This document shows positions 13,051-27,269 of a stretch of DNA of 64,000 nucleotides, in pieces; position 1 is the first letter of the stretch; every line of letters starts with the position of its first letter. The position numbers were made by a program, and so were the translations under genes. A model generated the notes under the pieces. That model was not told where the DNA came from. It saw only the letters and a list, made by a program, of their open reading frames with translations, and searched no databases. The stretch lies in the NCBI RefSeq assembly GCF_009914755.1, contig NC_060929.1. The stretch is one strand, 5' to 3'. This stretch comes from the human T2T-CHM13v2.0 reference genome, Homo sapiens.

Positions 13051-14134
13051 ATCTTAATAGTTTGGAGATAAATAAGCCTGCGATTGAACCTTCCCCCATT
13101 CTTCCCATTCCTAATTGAATATAACCTGCAAGGAGGGAGTATACCTTCTTATTTCCCAATAGATCATTGAGTTTGGAGGGCATGGAGAGAGAATCTAGAC
13201 CCTAGGACATGAAAGACAGCAGGTATGTGCTTCTCAGGAGAAAGATCCATGCTGATTCAATACAGTATTAATTTATTATTCATTATTTAGTAATGAATAA
13301 TAAATTGTATCAGTTACAATTTATCATTGTAACTGAGTATACAAGTTAGCTTTGGATGTGCTAATGGCAAATATAAAAAATGATATTCTGTATAGTGATA
13401 ATTACGTAATAAAAAGAAGAATGCTAGCTTCTTAGACGTGAACTGATTAGAATTTGTGTTAGGAATCTTTATATGATAGCCATTGAGTGATGAAATAAAC
13501 CATTTTTCTCTAGCAATTTTATATATAAGTAATTGTTTTTCTATCATGAGCATTCTACTTCAAATATGAAGCTTTTGAAGAGTAATCCTGTATTACTTCA
13601 CTCAATGAAAATTCCACATCATATGATGTTAAAAGGCCAGTTTTCTTTCCTGAAATTAACTTTAGCAATGCTAATTATGATTATTTTCATTTATAAACTT
13701 AAAACTCTCAGGAAGCTATTGTATGTCTCAGCATAAACATCTCTTGTGCCAACAATGAAAGAGCAGCTTTTATTTTTTAAAAAAATAGAAATTAAGAGAA
13801 AAGAAAAAATATGTGCCAGATATTTTGGGGGGCCCTTAAGATTCTGGGTAAATAACATAAATAAAATCCCTAGCTTCCTAGAGCTGAAAAAGAATAATTT
13901 TTATGGGTTTTTTTCTCATTTTTAAAAAACACTTCATTATACCACTTTTCAGGTTTCTCCTTCTTTACTGAAGAAATCTAATTTTTTTTTTAGTTTGATA
14001 CATCCATACACTCATTTCTTCAGTAGTTTTATTCTGAATCTTCTTTAGATACCATTAATCCTGAACATTGTTAAGAAACATTGCAGGAATGAAAGCACAA
14101 TAGGTTTATTAAAGTGTAGAATCAAGTGTTCCTA

Positions 14135-14550
<416 letters not shown>

Positions 14551-14959
14551 TTACTTTAAAAGAACCCAGGGTGAGAGAAACTCTTTATTCAAATCTTGGT
14601 TCATGATGGTTCCGTATTTTAACATCTGAAGTTTCTAATACTTTTACTACTTGTAGCGCATGAAGAAGGAGTCTTTTTTGGTTTGGGTGAAGTTTTCACT
14701 GTTGCATTTTATTGTTCTCAATTTGACCATCTTACGTGAGTTGTCACATATGTGTTACATCTGAAAATTACAAAGTCCAGTATTATAAAATGTGTGAGTT
14801 AAAATGGTAGTATTTTGTTTAAAGCTTTGAGGATCTATTCCACTTGGAGTTCTGTCTCTTTCTACCAAAAAAACTCTTAAATATTGTATTGATTATATAT
14901 TTTCTTTTAATTTATTTTATTTTGAATTTGGGAAACATTACTTTTTTTTTTTATACACA

Positions 14960-15260
14960 GCATCATAGGTCATGGTCCCCCATTAGATGGAAATTTGTCC
15001 ACAAGAGGCTTATTAGAAGTGCCACAGGAAACATCAATAAGGGAATAAGTAAAGCAGAGGGGTAATTTGAACTGTGTTGTATTTGCGACGGTGGATACAG
15101 TCAATTCTAGTGGAATCTCTAAAATTGGTACGGCCCTTTAGAAATGTCTGATTTGAGACAAAGATCTTTGTTCCTCTGCATCAACCAAACCAAGGATACA
15201 GGATTCTCCAATGAAAGGAGCATAACCTTGGATGAGCCAGTTGCCTTTGGCTCGGGACAA
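14960..15260 (-). mobile_element. ERVL LTR fragment (LTR16-like)
   Basis: 'ttgaactgtgttgtatttgc...ggccctttagaaatgtc...gcataaccttggatgag' resembles LTR16. Confidence 0.5.
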
Positions 15261-15709
15261 GATGAGTCCTTTATTTTTTGTGTGTGTTTTTTTTTAATGT
15301 ATGTTATGGTCTTATCTAAAATGTTTCATGAAATGGATTAGAATAATCAGAAAGAACAGGTCTTTAGTAGCACCATTTTTTAATCCTATAGATTTTTTGA
15401 TTTATTACAATCGTTGTGGTTGTTATTGTTATTTGGTTCTAATGGGATATGTGTACTTTGTTTCCATATGACCTGTATATGTATAAGATTAGAACTACAA
15501 ATTACAGTCTGCTGATCTTTATGGGGCTCATTTTTTTTCTTAACTTTTTATTTATAATTGGCACTTAATAATTGTACATATTTATGGGGTACAGTGTAAT
15601 GTTTCAATATTTGCAAACATTGTGCAATGATCAAATCAGGGTAATTATCATATGTATCACTTTAAACATTTATCACTTCTTTGTGGTAATAACATTCAAA
15701 ATCTCTTCT

Positions 15710-16956
<1,247 letters not shown>

Positions 16957-17666
16957 CAAAATCTCTTCTATCTTTAAATATATACTACATTGTAATTTGC
17001 TGTAGTCACCATACTTTGTATAGAACTTATTCATAGGAGTCATTTTTATATTAAAACTTTGAGCTTGTTATCTGCTTTTTGACTTAATTTGGAATCATAG
17101 ACATGTATCCCAGGCTCTAAGATTCTAAATTAACTTCAAAAGAGTTAACTGGAATGATTTGCTTTAAATCTTTCATTTATTTGTTGCTATCTTATAGAGG
17201 TGGATTTCACTGCTTGTGCATTTTTGGAAAGTAGTCCATCTCATCATTACATTTATTTGCGGTTCTGATCTAATTTTAATAAATAGCTCAACGCTGGTGT
17301 TATGAAAATACTTGAAGCTTTTTAAAGGTATAATTGCCTCTTAGGTTAGATATATTTTGTTAGAGTAATTTAGTTGTAGCCTATGGTATTAAGTCTGTTA
17401 CTTAATGGTTGACATCATCATTATTATTATTTTTTACTAATGAGGCAAGTACTGTCTTGAGTTGCAGATATGAACTTTGCCATAGCACAGTATAATACAT
17501 TTATTTGTATTTGTGAGTATTATAAACAGCATTTAATGTCCATGTCCATGAATATGGTTTATTTTTATACTGTTTGTTTTATCCTTAAGTTGCAGTGACA
17601 TTCACTGAAGAAAAAATTATTTTAAATTCTGATTTAATTTTTATTTTCAAGTTGAATTTTTTCTTC

Positions 17667-17704
17667 ATACTAAACTATAAACATTATACTAAACTATAAA
17701 CATT
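17667..17704. repeat. Perfect 19-bp tandem duplication
   Basis: ATACTAAACTATAAACATT x2. Confidence 0.9.
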
Positions 17705-18084
17705 ACTACCTATAGTCAGTGACTTATTATGCTTAAAATTATATGTATATTTAAATTAATACAACATCTTTTCTAGTGAAAGTCACTGTAAGTCAAAATT
17801 TTCAGAGTGAGTGTGTATATATGTATTGAATACTTTTAAAGCTAACTTATACCATAAAAGATTTAAGCTCATGTCAGAAACACTCTAATAAAAGTGGGGC
17901 AAAGAAGAAATAGATAATTCAACCCAAGAGAAATATACAGAATTAATATTTGAAAAGCAGAGAGGGAAGAATGTTCATATGTAGATCACAAGGGTCAATG
18001 TGGTACTTGGATATGAACTTTGAACTTGGCTCTGCCTTTTCCAGGAGCCAAACTAGAAAGAGAAAACTGCTCAGTTATATAACA

Positions 18085-18235
18085 TTCATTGTTAGAGTAA
18101 TAGTATTATTTTCAACGTACAGATGAGGAAACTAAGACACAGAAGTTTATGTAAACTCCTCAGTGGCACATAGCAGCTGGAACCAGGATTTCAACACTGC
18201 TAAGCTGACTCCTGTGTCTAAACTCTTAAAATCTT
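18085..18235 (-). mobile_element. MIR element
   Basis: 'tacagatgaggaaactaagacacagaag...cacatagc...ggaaccaggatttcaac'. Confidence 0.75.
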
Positions 18236-18507
18236 TCTGCAGGATATAGTTTTTAATATCTTCCCAAAATGTTCTTACAGAAAATATAGTACCAAAGTCT
18301 AGAGTTGTAGCCGAATTACCATTCTGAAAAATGTTCTTAGTGTATTTAATGCTAATTGAAATCACGCCTTTCTTTTTAATTCTTCCTTAGTAAAGATATA
18401 ACATATCTAATGTACAAGCTACAAAATTCAGTATGATTGAACGGATTTTGATGTTTAGGAAATGCAGATACACATTTTTTTCACTGATATCCAAACTATT
18501 ATGTTGA

Positions 18508-18883
18508 CAATTCAACTCATGAATGTAGAGAGTGGAAGAATGATTACCATAGGCTGGGAAGGGTAGTGTGGGGAACAGGGGAGGAAGTGGGGATGGTTAA
18601 TGGGTACAACATAGAGTTACATACAATAAATATCATCTAGTATTTGATAACACAACAGGATAACTTCAGTTAACAAGAATTCATAGTACATTTTAAATAC
18701 CTAAAAGAGTATAATTGGGTTGTTTGTAACACAAAGAAGGGATAAATGCTTGAGGTGATGAATATCCCATTTACACTGATGTGATCATTATGCCTTGTAT
18801 GCCTGTGTCAAAATATCTTATATACCCTATAAATATATACACCTACTATGTACCCACACATTTTTAAAATTAAAAAACCAAAT
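18508..18883 (+). mobile_element. L1MA 3' end with probable TSD
   Basis: 'gaatgattaccataggctgggaagggtagtg...atatatacacctactatgtacccaca'; flanks aaactattatgttga (18493-18507) and aaactattaggttga (18884-18898). Confidence 0.9.
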
Positions 18884-20819
18884 AAACTATTAGGTTGAAC
18901 ATTTGAAATGGCTGGCAAAAAGGTTAACCATTTTTTACTGTATTGCTCAGCCTAATATTAGAAGAGTATCTTAAAATATGATAATATAAAAATATCTTAT
19001 TTGTTAGTAAGGTCATATGGAGGTTTCTTATAGTAGGTCTTTCAATCCTCTTTTGCCAGTCTATAAGTCTTCTTGAAAATATTTGCCATGATAACCTCTA
19101 GAAGGCAACTTGTCCTGGCAAGTCACTCTTTCTTATGAGAGTTTCCTTATTTCTAATGCAGTCTTACTGATATAAGGAAATAAATATACTTAATATGCTT
19201 TGTAAACTTCAAAGTGATATGTAAATATGAGAGGGCCCCATTATATATTTTAATATGTTAAATCAGGTTGTCTTCAAATTCACCAGACTCTTTTCAAATT
19301 CTTTCATTCTTAATGACTAGGCTACATTACATGGACACATTATAGCTCCCTATTTCTGCCAGTTCTTCCATATCCAGGCTCGAACTTAATAAATTAAATA
19401 TGAATTGTAGCTTCATTGTTGTTTCTCTTTCTTCTTTCCCTTTTAAATTTATGCTATCTTGCTGTATTTTAAGAATGTGTGCAAGCCATTTAAATCATAT
19501 CTGGAACATAGCTTACTATAAATAAATATATTAAATAGAAGTTTTATATAATACTGATCAGTTCCACAGACTACTATGAATATACAATATTGACCTAATT
19601 TAAGAACACATGTATTTCCTTTAGTAGCAACATCAATATTGCTTTTTTTTTTTTTTTTTGTAACTCTTAGGCAGGAAATTCTGCTAGGTATTGTCAGGGA
19701 CATTGTCTTGTGAAATTTTTACTTGAAAGTAATTAATGTAGATAAAATGGACACACATGAAACAGGTAAAGAACATGTCAGTGCTTAAAAGTCATTAGTA
19801 GACTTTAAAACATAAGCCTTTAGGAGGACCCGGGATAGTTCAAAGGGTCAAGTTGGTGCAATAGATGTTGAGCACATTTTTTAATGAGGCAACAAATTGA
19901 TTATGATTATTAGGCAATGATAAGCTTTGCTCCCTGCTTCAACAATTAAAAAGAAGAAACAACATTTTTGGACAGGTGTTTCCCCATGCAATAACAACAG
20001 ATTAAACCAGATCTGAAGAAAAAATTTGATTTAATTCATTTTTGGCTGGGAAAGGGGCCGAGAAACAGTTAGATCCACAATTTCAGATCTAGTCTTTCTG
20101 TTCTGAGGTGGAAGTTTACCTATGGTATGAGCTGCAAAGTAACTGTATAGGTCATTCAACTGTATGAGCTGCAGAGTTGAAAAACTCCCACAGGTACTGT
20201 GGGTCTGGATAATAAAGATCTCATCCTGTGGTCAGCTCCTTGTCATTAATATGTAAGCTTTGCAGACTTTTTCCTTTTCATACACCAGATTCCGTTCCAC
20301 CTGTCTTCTCCTTCCCAGTAAGAACACGAATTAGGGCATCTTAGCCTCTTGTTGTCATTCCTAAATCTATTCATATCATGACTTTCAGGTCTGTGTTTAA
20401 ATAAACATTTATGTTACTTAAATATAATTGCATGCCATTTCTTTCTCTTTCTGAATTTGGAATACATTTCTGTGCCATTTATATTTTCCCCTCAGGCAAC
20501 AAATCCTGGCAATAACATGAATTATTGCCGTTCCCTCCTTCACTTACTCGTGTTATAGTGTATTACTGAGCTCAACTGTGTGTCCAACCCTGGGTACGGA
20601 ACATAATTGGTAGTAGAGCCACTGCCACATGTATCAACTCTGCTCTCTACCAGAGATTGGAAATCACAAAATAATATTGTCTGGAAGTGCAATAGTTGGT
20701 TAAATCACACTCTTAAAATTGTGAATGCCCTGATCTCTGAAAAATCATAGCAAAGTAAAAAGATGAAAGAATATACAGTAATTATTTGCTGTTTCCCAGC
20801 ATTCTGAGACTGTATCTAC

Positions 20820-20920
20820 GGGATTTCACCATGTTGGCCAGGATGGTCTCAATCTCCTGACCTGCCTGGCTCGGCCTCCCAAAGTGCTGGGGTTACAGGT
20901 ATGAGCCATCACTCCCAGCC
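20820..20920 (-). mobile_element. Alu left-arm fragment
   Basis: 'tttcaccatgttggccaggatggtctcaatctcctgacct...cctcccaaagtgctgggg'; right arm and tail absent. Confidence 0.9.
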
Positions 20921-21139
20921 CCTCCATAAATGGTTTAAGTATACAATATATTGTTGTTGACTGTAGTGGCAATATTGTACAGCAGATCTGTAAAACTTAG
21001 TCATCTTGTTTAGCTGAAGCTTTATGCCCCGTGATTAGTAACTACTCAGTTCTCCTCCCCCCAGGTCCTGCTGTTTACCATTCTACTCTTTGATTCTATG
21101 AATTTGACTCTTTTGGATACCTCATGTAAGTGGAATCAA
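20921..21139 (-). mobile_element. L1MA/MB 3' region fragment
   Basis: 'ttgtacagcagatct...accattctactctttgattctatgaatttgact...cctcatgtaagtggaatca'. Confidence 0.8.
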
Positions 21140-21140
21140 G

Positions 21141-21489
21141 TAGGGATCAGCAAACCTTTTTTGTAAAGGGCCAGATAGGAACTATTTTAGGCTTTGTGTC
21201 TGAGAGGCAAAATCACCAATATTTGTATAACAAACAAATTTCCACAATTTTAATGATGAAATTCAAAATAATTGAGTCCAACTTTTTGTACGTAAGTCTA
21301 CAGATGAGAGTAACTGAGTTCTTTATTCGTGTGGTTAGTGTTTTCCTTAATTATTGGTCAAACATAATGTTCCCTATCATCAAATTGATTGCTAATGTTC
21401 ATCTGTAAAAGCCATTCTTAGAGCTTATGGGCTGCACAAAACCAGGTGGCAGGCCTGATTTGGCACACAGCTGTGGTTTGCTGACCCTG
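21141..21489. mobile_element. MER58-type hAT-Charlie DNA transposon
   Basis: Terminal inverted repeats 'tagggatcagcaaac' and 'gtttgctgaccctg'; 'gtaaagggccagatag...attttaggctttg'. Confidence 0.85.
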
Positions 21490-23851
21490 GTCTTAAAAGG
21501 ATTAAGAAAGCAGGAGAGCTCTGAGACATTCTGATCAAATTAACACGCCAGCAAGTAACAGTTTAAGTAGCCTCAGGCTAATTTTGAGTTATGGAGTGAG
21601 AAGTATAGCTGTAATAGTGTCTGAACATATTTAGATGTAGAGTGCAATTGGAAACAAAATTTGGGAATATGCATGGGTTCCTGATTTCTAAAAGAAGGTT
21701 CTTGGATCTACAACTGAATTTCCTTTTGCTTTTTGCACTTGCATGAGTGTTCTGCAAAGAGGCTAGACAGGGTTGACAAATGCCTTCCTATTTGAGTGTT
21801 CCCAGATATAGTGGCTGTTTTAGCAGAAGGGAGAGAATACATCAAAGGCAATGCCAAATGATGCTCATCTCAGTTCCTCCCTAGAAGTACATGCTAGCCT
21901 GGAAGGGAAATTGACAATAAGAATGGAAATTAACTTTGCCTTTGTATATGCCTAATGTAAAAACAATATGAAGAGGTGAAGGGAAATCCACAGATATTCC
22001 CCAGATTCCTTTCTTATAGTTTTTAAAGATCCCAAATTGAGTTATTTGGTAAATACTAGTTTAGGTAAAAGTTAGAATGGAGAGGTGTACAGAAGTCTTA
22101 ATAGTGATAGGATGCTTATATTCTCCTGCCATGCAATGTTGAACATCTTATGATCCTGGGATGGATAGAGTGTCATTTGCCTGATGCTGTGGCACATTCT
22201 AAAAGGTAGGTAGAATGGAGAAATCAGGTCAATAAATGGAATCTAAATATGTCATCAACCAGGACAAAAATACTTAGCTTTTTGAACTAAGTCAGCATCA
22301 TGGAGAGTCAGAGAGAGGAAGACACAGAGCAATAGTTGAGGAAAGTCAGGTGAAGTGTGGTAGATTTGGTGTTACCTTACGAAGACCTGCATTTCAGTAC
22401 AATGAATGGTGATTGCCAGACACATTATTTTGTAGGACTCAAGATACTGACCAACTCTGGCAACTTTGCCATATTCTGGTGATGGGGTAGAGAAAAGAAC
22501 CTGACATAACAGGGAGGCTATGGAAAAGGAGAAAATGGGGAAAAATGTGGTATCTCAGAGGAAATACAAATAATCTGTAAATCAATTATGAATTTGAGCT
22601 CAGTGAAGGCATCCAAGTTTCCAGATGTGGCTTAGGGATCCAGTGCAGAATGGGGAAGGATGGGGGACCTCAATTTTAAGAGTACAAAGGAGCTATAGTA
22701 GAGACCCCAAATCCAGAGGTGATTTATGGAAAGTTCAGTCTGAGCATGATGCAAGACCATGTTTTACTCCTGAAGCCTGAGAGGCAGGCTGAGGCAGCTG
22801 TCTAGAGACGGTTGACAGTCCCTAACACCCACACGCTGAATGGGGATGGACATACTGATGAGGAGTACAAGAGACAGATTATTATGGATTGCACAAATAT
22901 CTAGAATAGTTTTGATGTTCTTCATAAGCTAGCTAAAACTATGAGCCCTTGTGAAAAGAGGCAATGTTTGGCTTAGCCTGCCACAGATTTACTTGGCTGG
23001 TATTTTGTATCTTGAGTGGAAAATCATATTTTTCCATTTAATTAAATCATTTTTTTTATGATTCAATTTTTGTCTCCTCCCTGAAAAACAAACTTAATCT
23101 CAACTTAGCAGCATTAGTTCTTAATATGTATTAGAACAGTACACTTCCATTGATGAAGAACAAGGCAACCAATCTTCACTATATTTGCTTTTCTCTTTAT
23201 AGCATTAATTGAGAACCCACTAAATACCAGGTGATATACTTGGGTTATAAAGATAAATATGACATGATTTCTGAATAAAATAGCTTTAGAAATTTTGTTA
23301 ATTATGATATGATCACTACTAGCGAAGAGATACATAAAATTGATGCGGAGGCACAGGGGGATAGTAGCTACCTATTTTTTTCTTTCTGATAGTGTTCAAC
23401 AATGGCTTATTGACAACTCAAATCATGTTTTAGACCATAAGTGTACTAAAATAATGTATGCTGTGTCTTTATTTTTAAAAAGTATCTGTCTCTAAAACAA
23501 AAATCTGATTTGTCCTCTGTAAAACAACGAGCACACTACATAACCTTCTTGGTTATATAACAAACTCTGGTGATATTTATCTATTTGAATTAAGTGCAAA
23601 AATTCCTGCTGGGCATTTACTATCGCAGAGTGCATCAGCTTTCATGGCTTGAGAAGTGTTCCTGTTCAAATCAGCTTGATGAGGGGTGAAATAGGACAGG
23701 GAAAAAATCCTTAAACATCCACTTGAAAAATGTGGCAAGGAAGGTAAGGACAAACTTTAGTAGTGACTGTGAGTCTAAGGATTTAAGAATAGAGTATTTT
23801 TAACCCCTTTTATTGGTTTGTATTAAAATAGAATAATTGTCAAAGGATCTA

Positions 23852-23865
23852 GTTACCATGGTAAC
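23852..23865. promoter_or_regulatory. Perfect RFX X-box motif GTTACCATGGTAAC (binding not shown)
   Basis: Matches the consensus GTNRCC-N(0-3)-RGYAAC and is part of a 16-bp perfect palindrome at 23851-23866. Confidence 0.45.
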
Positions 23866-24283
23866 TTACCATATTTCAAGAGCATGTAAGTAAAGTCACT
23901 CTTATAAGACCAGAAAATAGTAAACACAATACAGCAGGCTTTTTTTTTCTTTTTTAACATTAACTTTTTTACTATGCAAAAATAATATAAAATTGAGTTT
24001 TGGGTGCTGGGAGGAAATGAGAAAAAGAAAGTGTGTTGTAACATATTTGTTTCACTTTTTATGAAGTTTATATTCTTAAAACAATTTTTCTGTCATATAG
24101 CAAGCTAACAAGGCCTATTTAAGAATCAAGTACACATATTTCTCATGTAAAAAATGTTGACCTTGTAAATATGCTACAGACATATATATGTGTGTGTGTA
24201 TATATGCAGTGCTTATATATATAGAATATATATATAATATTATATATTAGCAAAGAATTGTGCTGTTTTACCTGAAGTGTGTG

Positions 24284-24286
<3 letters not shown>

Positions 24287-24318
<32 letters not shown>

Positions 24319-24338
24319 TTATTTATTTATTTATTTAT
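24287..24338. repeat. Compound (TA)n(TTTA)n microsatellite
   Basis: Read directly. Confidence 0.95.
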
Positions 24339-25230
24339 ATTTTACTACACACACTGCATGTAAAACAGTTAGCAGAATTCTTTCCCGGAGTAAGCTGTCA
24401 GTATACATGAATGTCAATAATTCTCTACTTGCCCGATCTCCTTTTTCTTCTGATTTCTCCTCTCTTTTTGTTTGTTCATCATTCACTTTCTTTCATTATA
24501 TCTCTGTGTACTTTTTGTAGTCCCCCATATTGCCTCTTAATTTCTTTTTTGTTTGCTTCATTGTTTTCCTTTAAATACTTATGTTTTTCTTAACTAGTTA
24601 AAAAATTAGATTAAGTGTGAGCGACTAGCATGAAGCTAGTTCTAGGATAACTTGATGGTCATAAAGCAGCATATTGTTAAAACAGTGTAACTGAGCAGCA
24701 TTTGATTCTGGATGAGGTAAGGTATAGGAGATATTGGGGAGATGGGTAAGAGAAAGGGATGGTAGGGTGAAATTAGTTCAAAGGAGAAAGGTAAAGGTTA
24801 TTTGAGGGATAGGAAAGAGACTGCCTGCCATCACTCAGGGTGGAAGTTTCTGTTTTCCCATCTAAGCCAGGAAGCTTAAGACAATCCCTGCTACGAAAAT
24901 AGTAGAAGGATTTAGCATGAGGCTTTATTCGAGTAAGATAGAATCTTGCAATTTTACCTATGTCATTTCATGAAGTGCATACCTTAGTGCAACAAAAGTT
25001 AGAAACAGAAATAGATATACAGTTGGTAAAAATAATTGAAATATTAAAGATATGCACTGGCAGCCTCTTCTTTCTGCCAGATCAAACATTCTCATTGCTT
25101 AGCTTAACTTTCTCTGTATTCAAATTATACTAGCTCAGAAAATTAGGTAGTTTAAAAACTCAGATTACAAGTTGTCTGTTCCCATGCATAGGAAGTAAAA
25201 CTGTCCACCATGAACCTTTGTAGAATATAA

Positions 25231-25321
25231 CATTTTTTCCCTCTTTAGTGGTGGTAGTTTTATGGCAAATGATAGGTTGCCATATTTTCCTTTTTAGTGG
25301 TGGTAGTTTGACGGCAAATGA
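25231..25321. repeat. Imperfect direct duplication with ~50-bp period
   Basis: 'tttagtggtggtagttt..ggcaaatga' occurs twice (25231-25272 and 25281-25321). Confidence 0.85.
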
Positions 25322-27269
25322 CTTAAATTATCCTATTGTTTTACCATGGATAGAGTTGTTTAGGGGGAGTAGCTCAGATCTATAAAAGGATCGTTCGGGG
25401 AAGCTTGCTGGCTTCTTCCACACCCTGCAAAGCCCCAGACAGCCAGGGGTCATTGTGACCTAAATGCAGGATGGGCTGTAGTGAGATACAGCATGTCTGG
25501 TATCCAGCTTTTAATCCGTAATGCCAGGCACTCCCAAATAAAAGGAACCAATCAACTGATGCATGCATTCTCTAGCAGGTCATTCCAGGTAAGCTACATT
25601 TGTGGTGTTTTCCTGTATGAAGTTAGTTGAATCTTCTGATTTCCACCTTCCTGTTTGTATCTTCATTTATTTAGGTAGCTTTGTTTTTGACGTTTTGCCA
25701 TTGTCACTATCTAAATGATACTTCACAACTCCCTAGATTGGCATGCATTTGATAGAGAAGAACACAAGCAAAAATCACAGAAAGGGAATATCTCCCAAGC
25801 AGAATGATAAATTATAAATATTTAATTTGTACAATATATGTAAATATGTAAATATGCTACAAAGCATAATTAATTCATTGACATAACTGCTGAGCTATTG
25901 TATACTAAGTTGATGAGACAGTGATACAAGTGTTGTTAATTAGCATGTAATGCATTGAAGACAATGATATCCAACTTGTTAATAGTTAATTAGAGAGCTA
26001 ATTATAAAGAAGCTCCATTAGAAATTCCCTTTTTGGTTATGTTTGGGCTCTCTTCTCATATTATGAAAAAGTTAGCTTGAGTTGCATTTTTTTATCAACA
26101 GAGAAAATGAAAATAAAATTTATATGATGATTGTACAATATGTTCTCAAAATCAAAATCCTATGGGTTGCGATCCAGGGAAACTAATGTTGCCCAATTCC
26201 TTTCTTAGGCACGATTACACAGAAATATGCTTATCCGGCCATGCCATTTTAGGTAAAGATATTATACAAGTGTTTGGAAAAATTTTCTGTATTTATTACT
26301 TATATATAGTTTCTTTAGGAAAACTACCTATAGTTCCTTTGAAGGATATTAAGATAATTTTTCTCCTTGAATTTACATAGTAGTCTTTAAAATTATTTAA
26401 GTTTATGGGCTAGCTTTTATCAAGGACTAGTAGGATAACTATCCCTGAATGCTATGGGTGTTAAATAAGAAAAAAACAACAAAATTTACACTCCTTTATA
26501 GAGATAATTAAATTAATTAGAATAATATTTGTTGAATCTTATATGACATCAGACTTTATAGCAATTCTTAATAATTTCATTTTTCTGGTTTTGAGAATTT
26601 TCCTAATGCAAACCGTTGTTCCTTAGACTAAGGTGGTTAAAAGTCTTATAATGTACAATATTGCACTGAAGGATCTTAGAAGAAATTTGAAATATTCAGT
26701 TTTCTCTTTCAAGAATATTAACTTTATTTTTTATTAGGAAACATACAGGATTTTATTGGAAATTTTTTTTTTAAGAATTAACTTTTAATTGTATAAGAAT
26801 TTTTAGGAAAAAATTCACATACTAGAGAAATGACAAAGAAGCAAAAACCTATCCCAAAAGCCATTTACCCCCAAAAAGTAATTAGTAACTTTTGTAAATG
26901 TCATTACAGAAACTTTTCTCTATACAAATAAAATGAATAGAATGAGTGGACCTGGGTAATGTCGCTTTACCTTTTAGTGTTTCTGGGTCGTTCTGTCTCA
27001 GAGCAGTAGTTTCCCCGAAGTCACAGGCAGATTATTGCTTCCTTGCTTTTGCATCCCCCCTTCATCTCTGGCTGTTTCCACCTTGTGGGGGCTACGGCAA
27101 CTGCACTCTAGGTGTCAGATAGAAGATAATAGGATAGTTTACCCTGTAATCCATTGTTCCTGCCCTTTTGGAGTGATCTAGAGTTCTGCGGAGAAATTTT
27201 CATGTGTTTTCTCTTCATCCACTGAATACATCTTCAAGGAATCAAATTTGGTAATTACAAATCAACCTA

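Noticed and set aside
21540-23010. Purine-rich stretch that may be an ancient LINE or LTR relic
   Set aside because: Could not assign a family or boundaries by eye.
25575-25596. Consensus splice donor CAG|GTAAGC (similar - strand donors near 4727 and 42300)
   Set aside because: No convincing paired acceptor or reading frame; isolated donors are common in introns.
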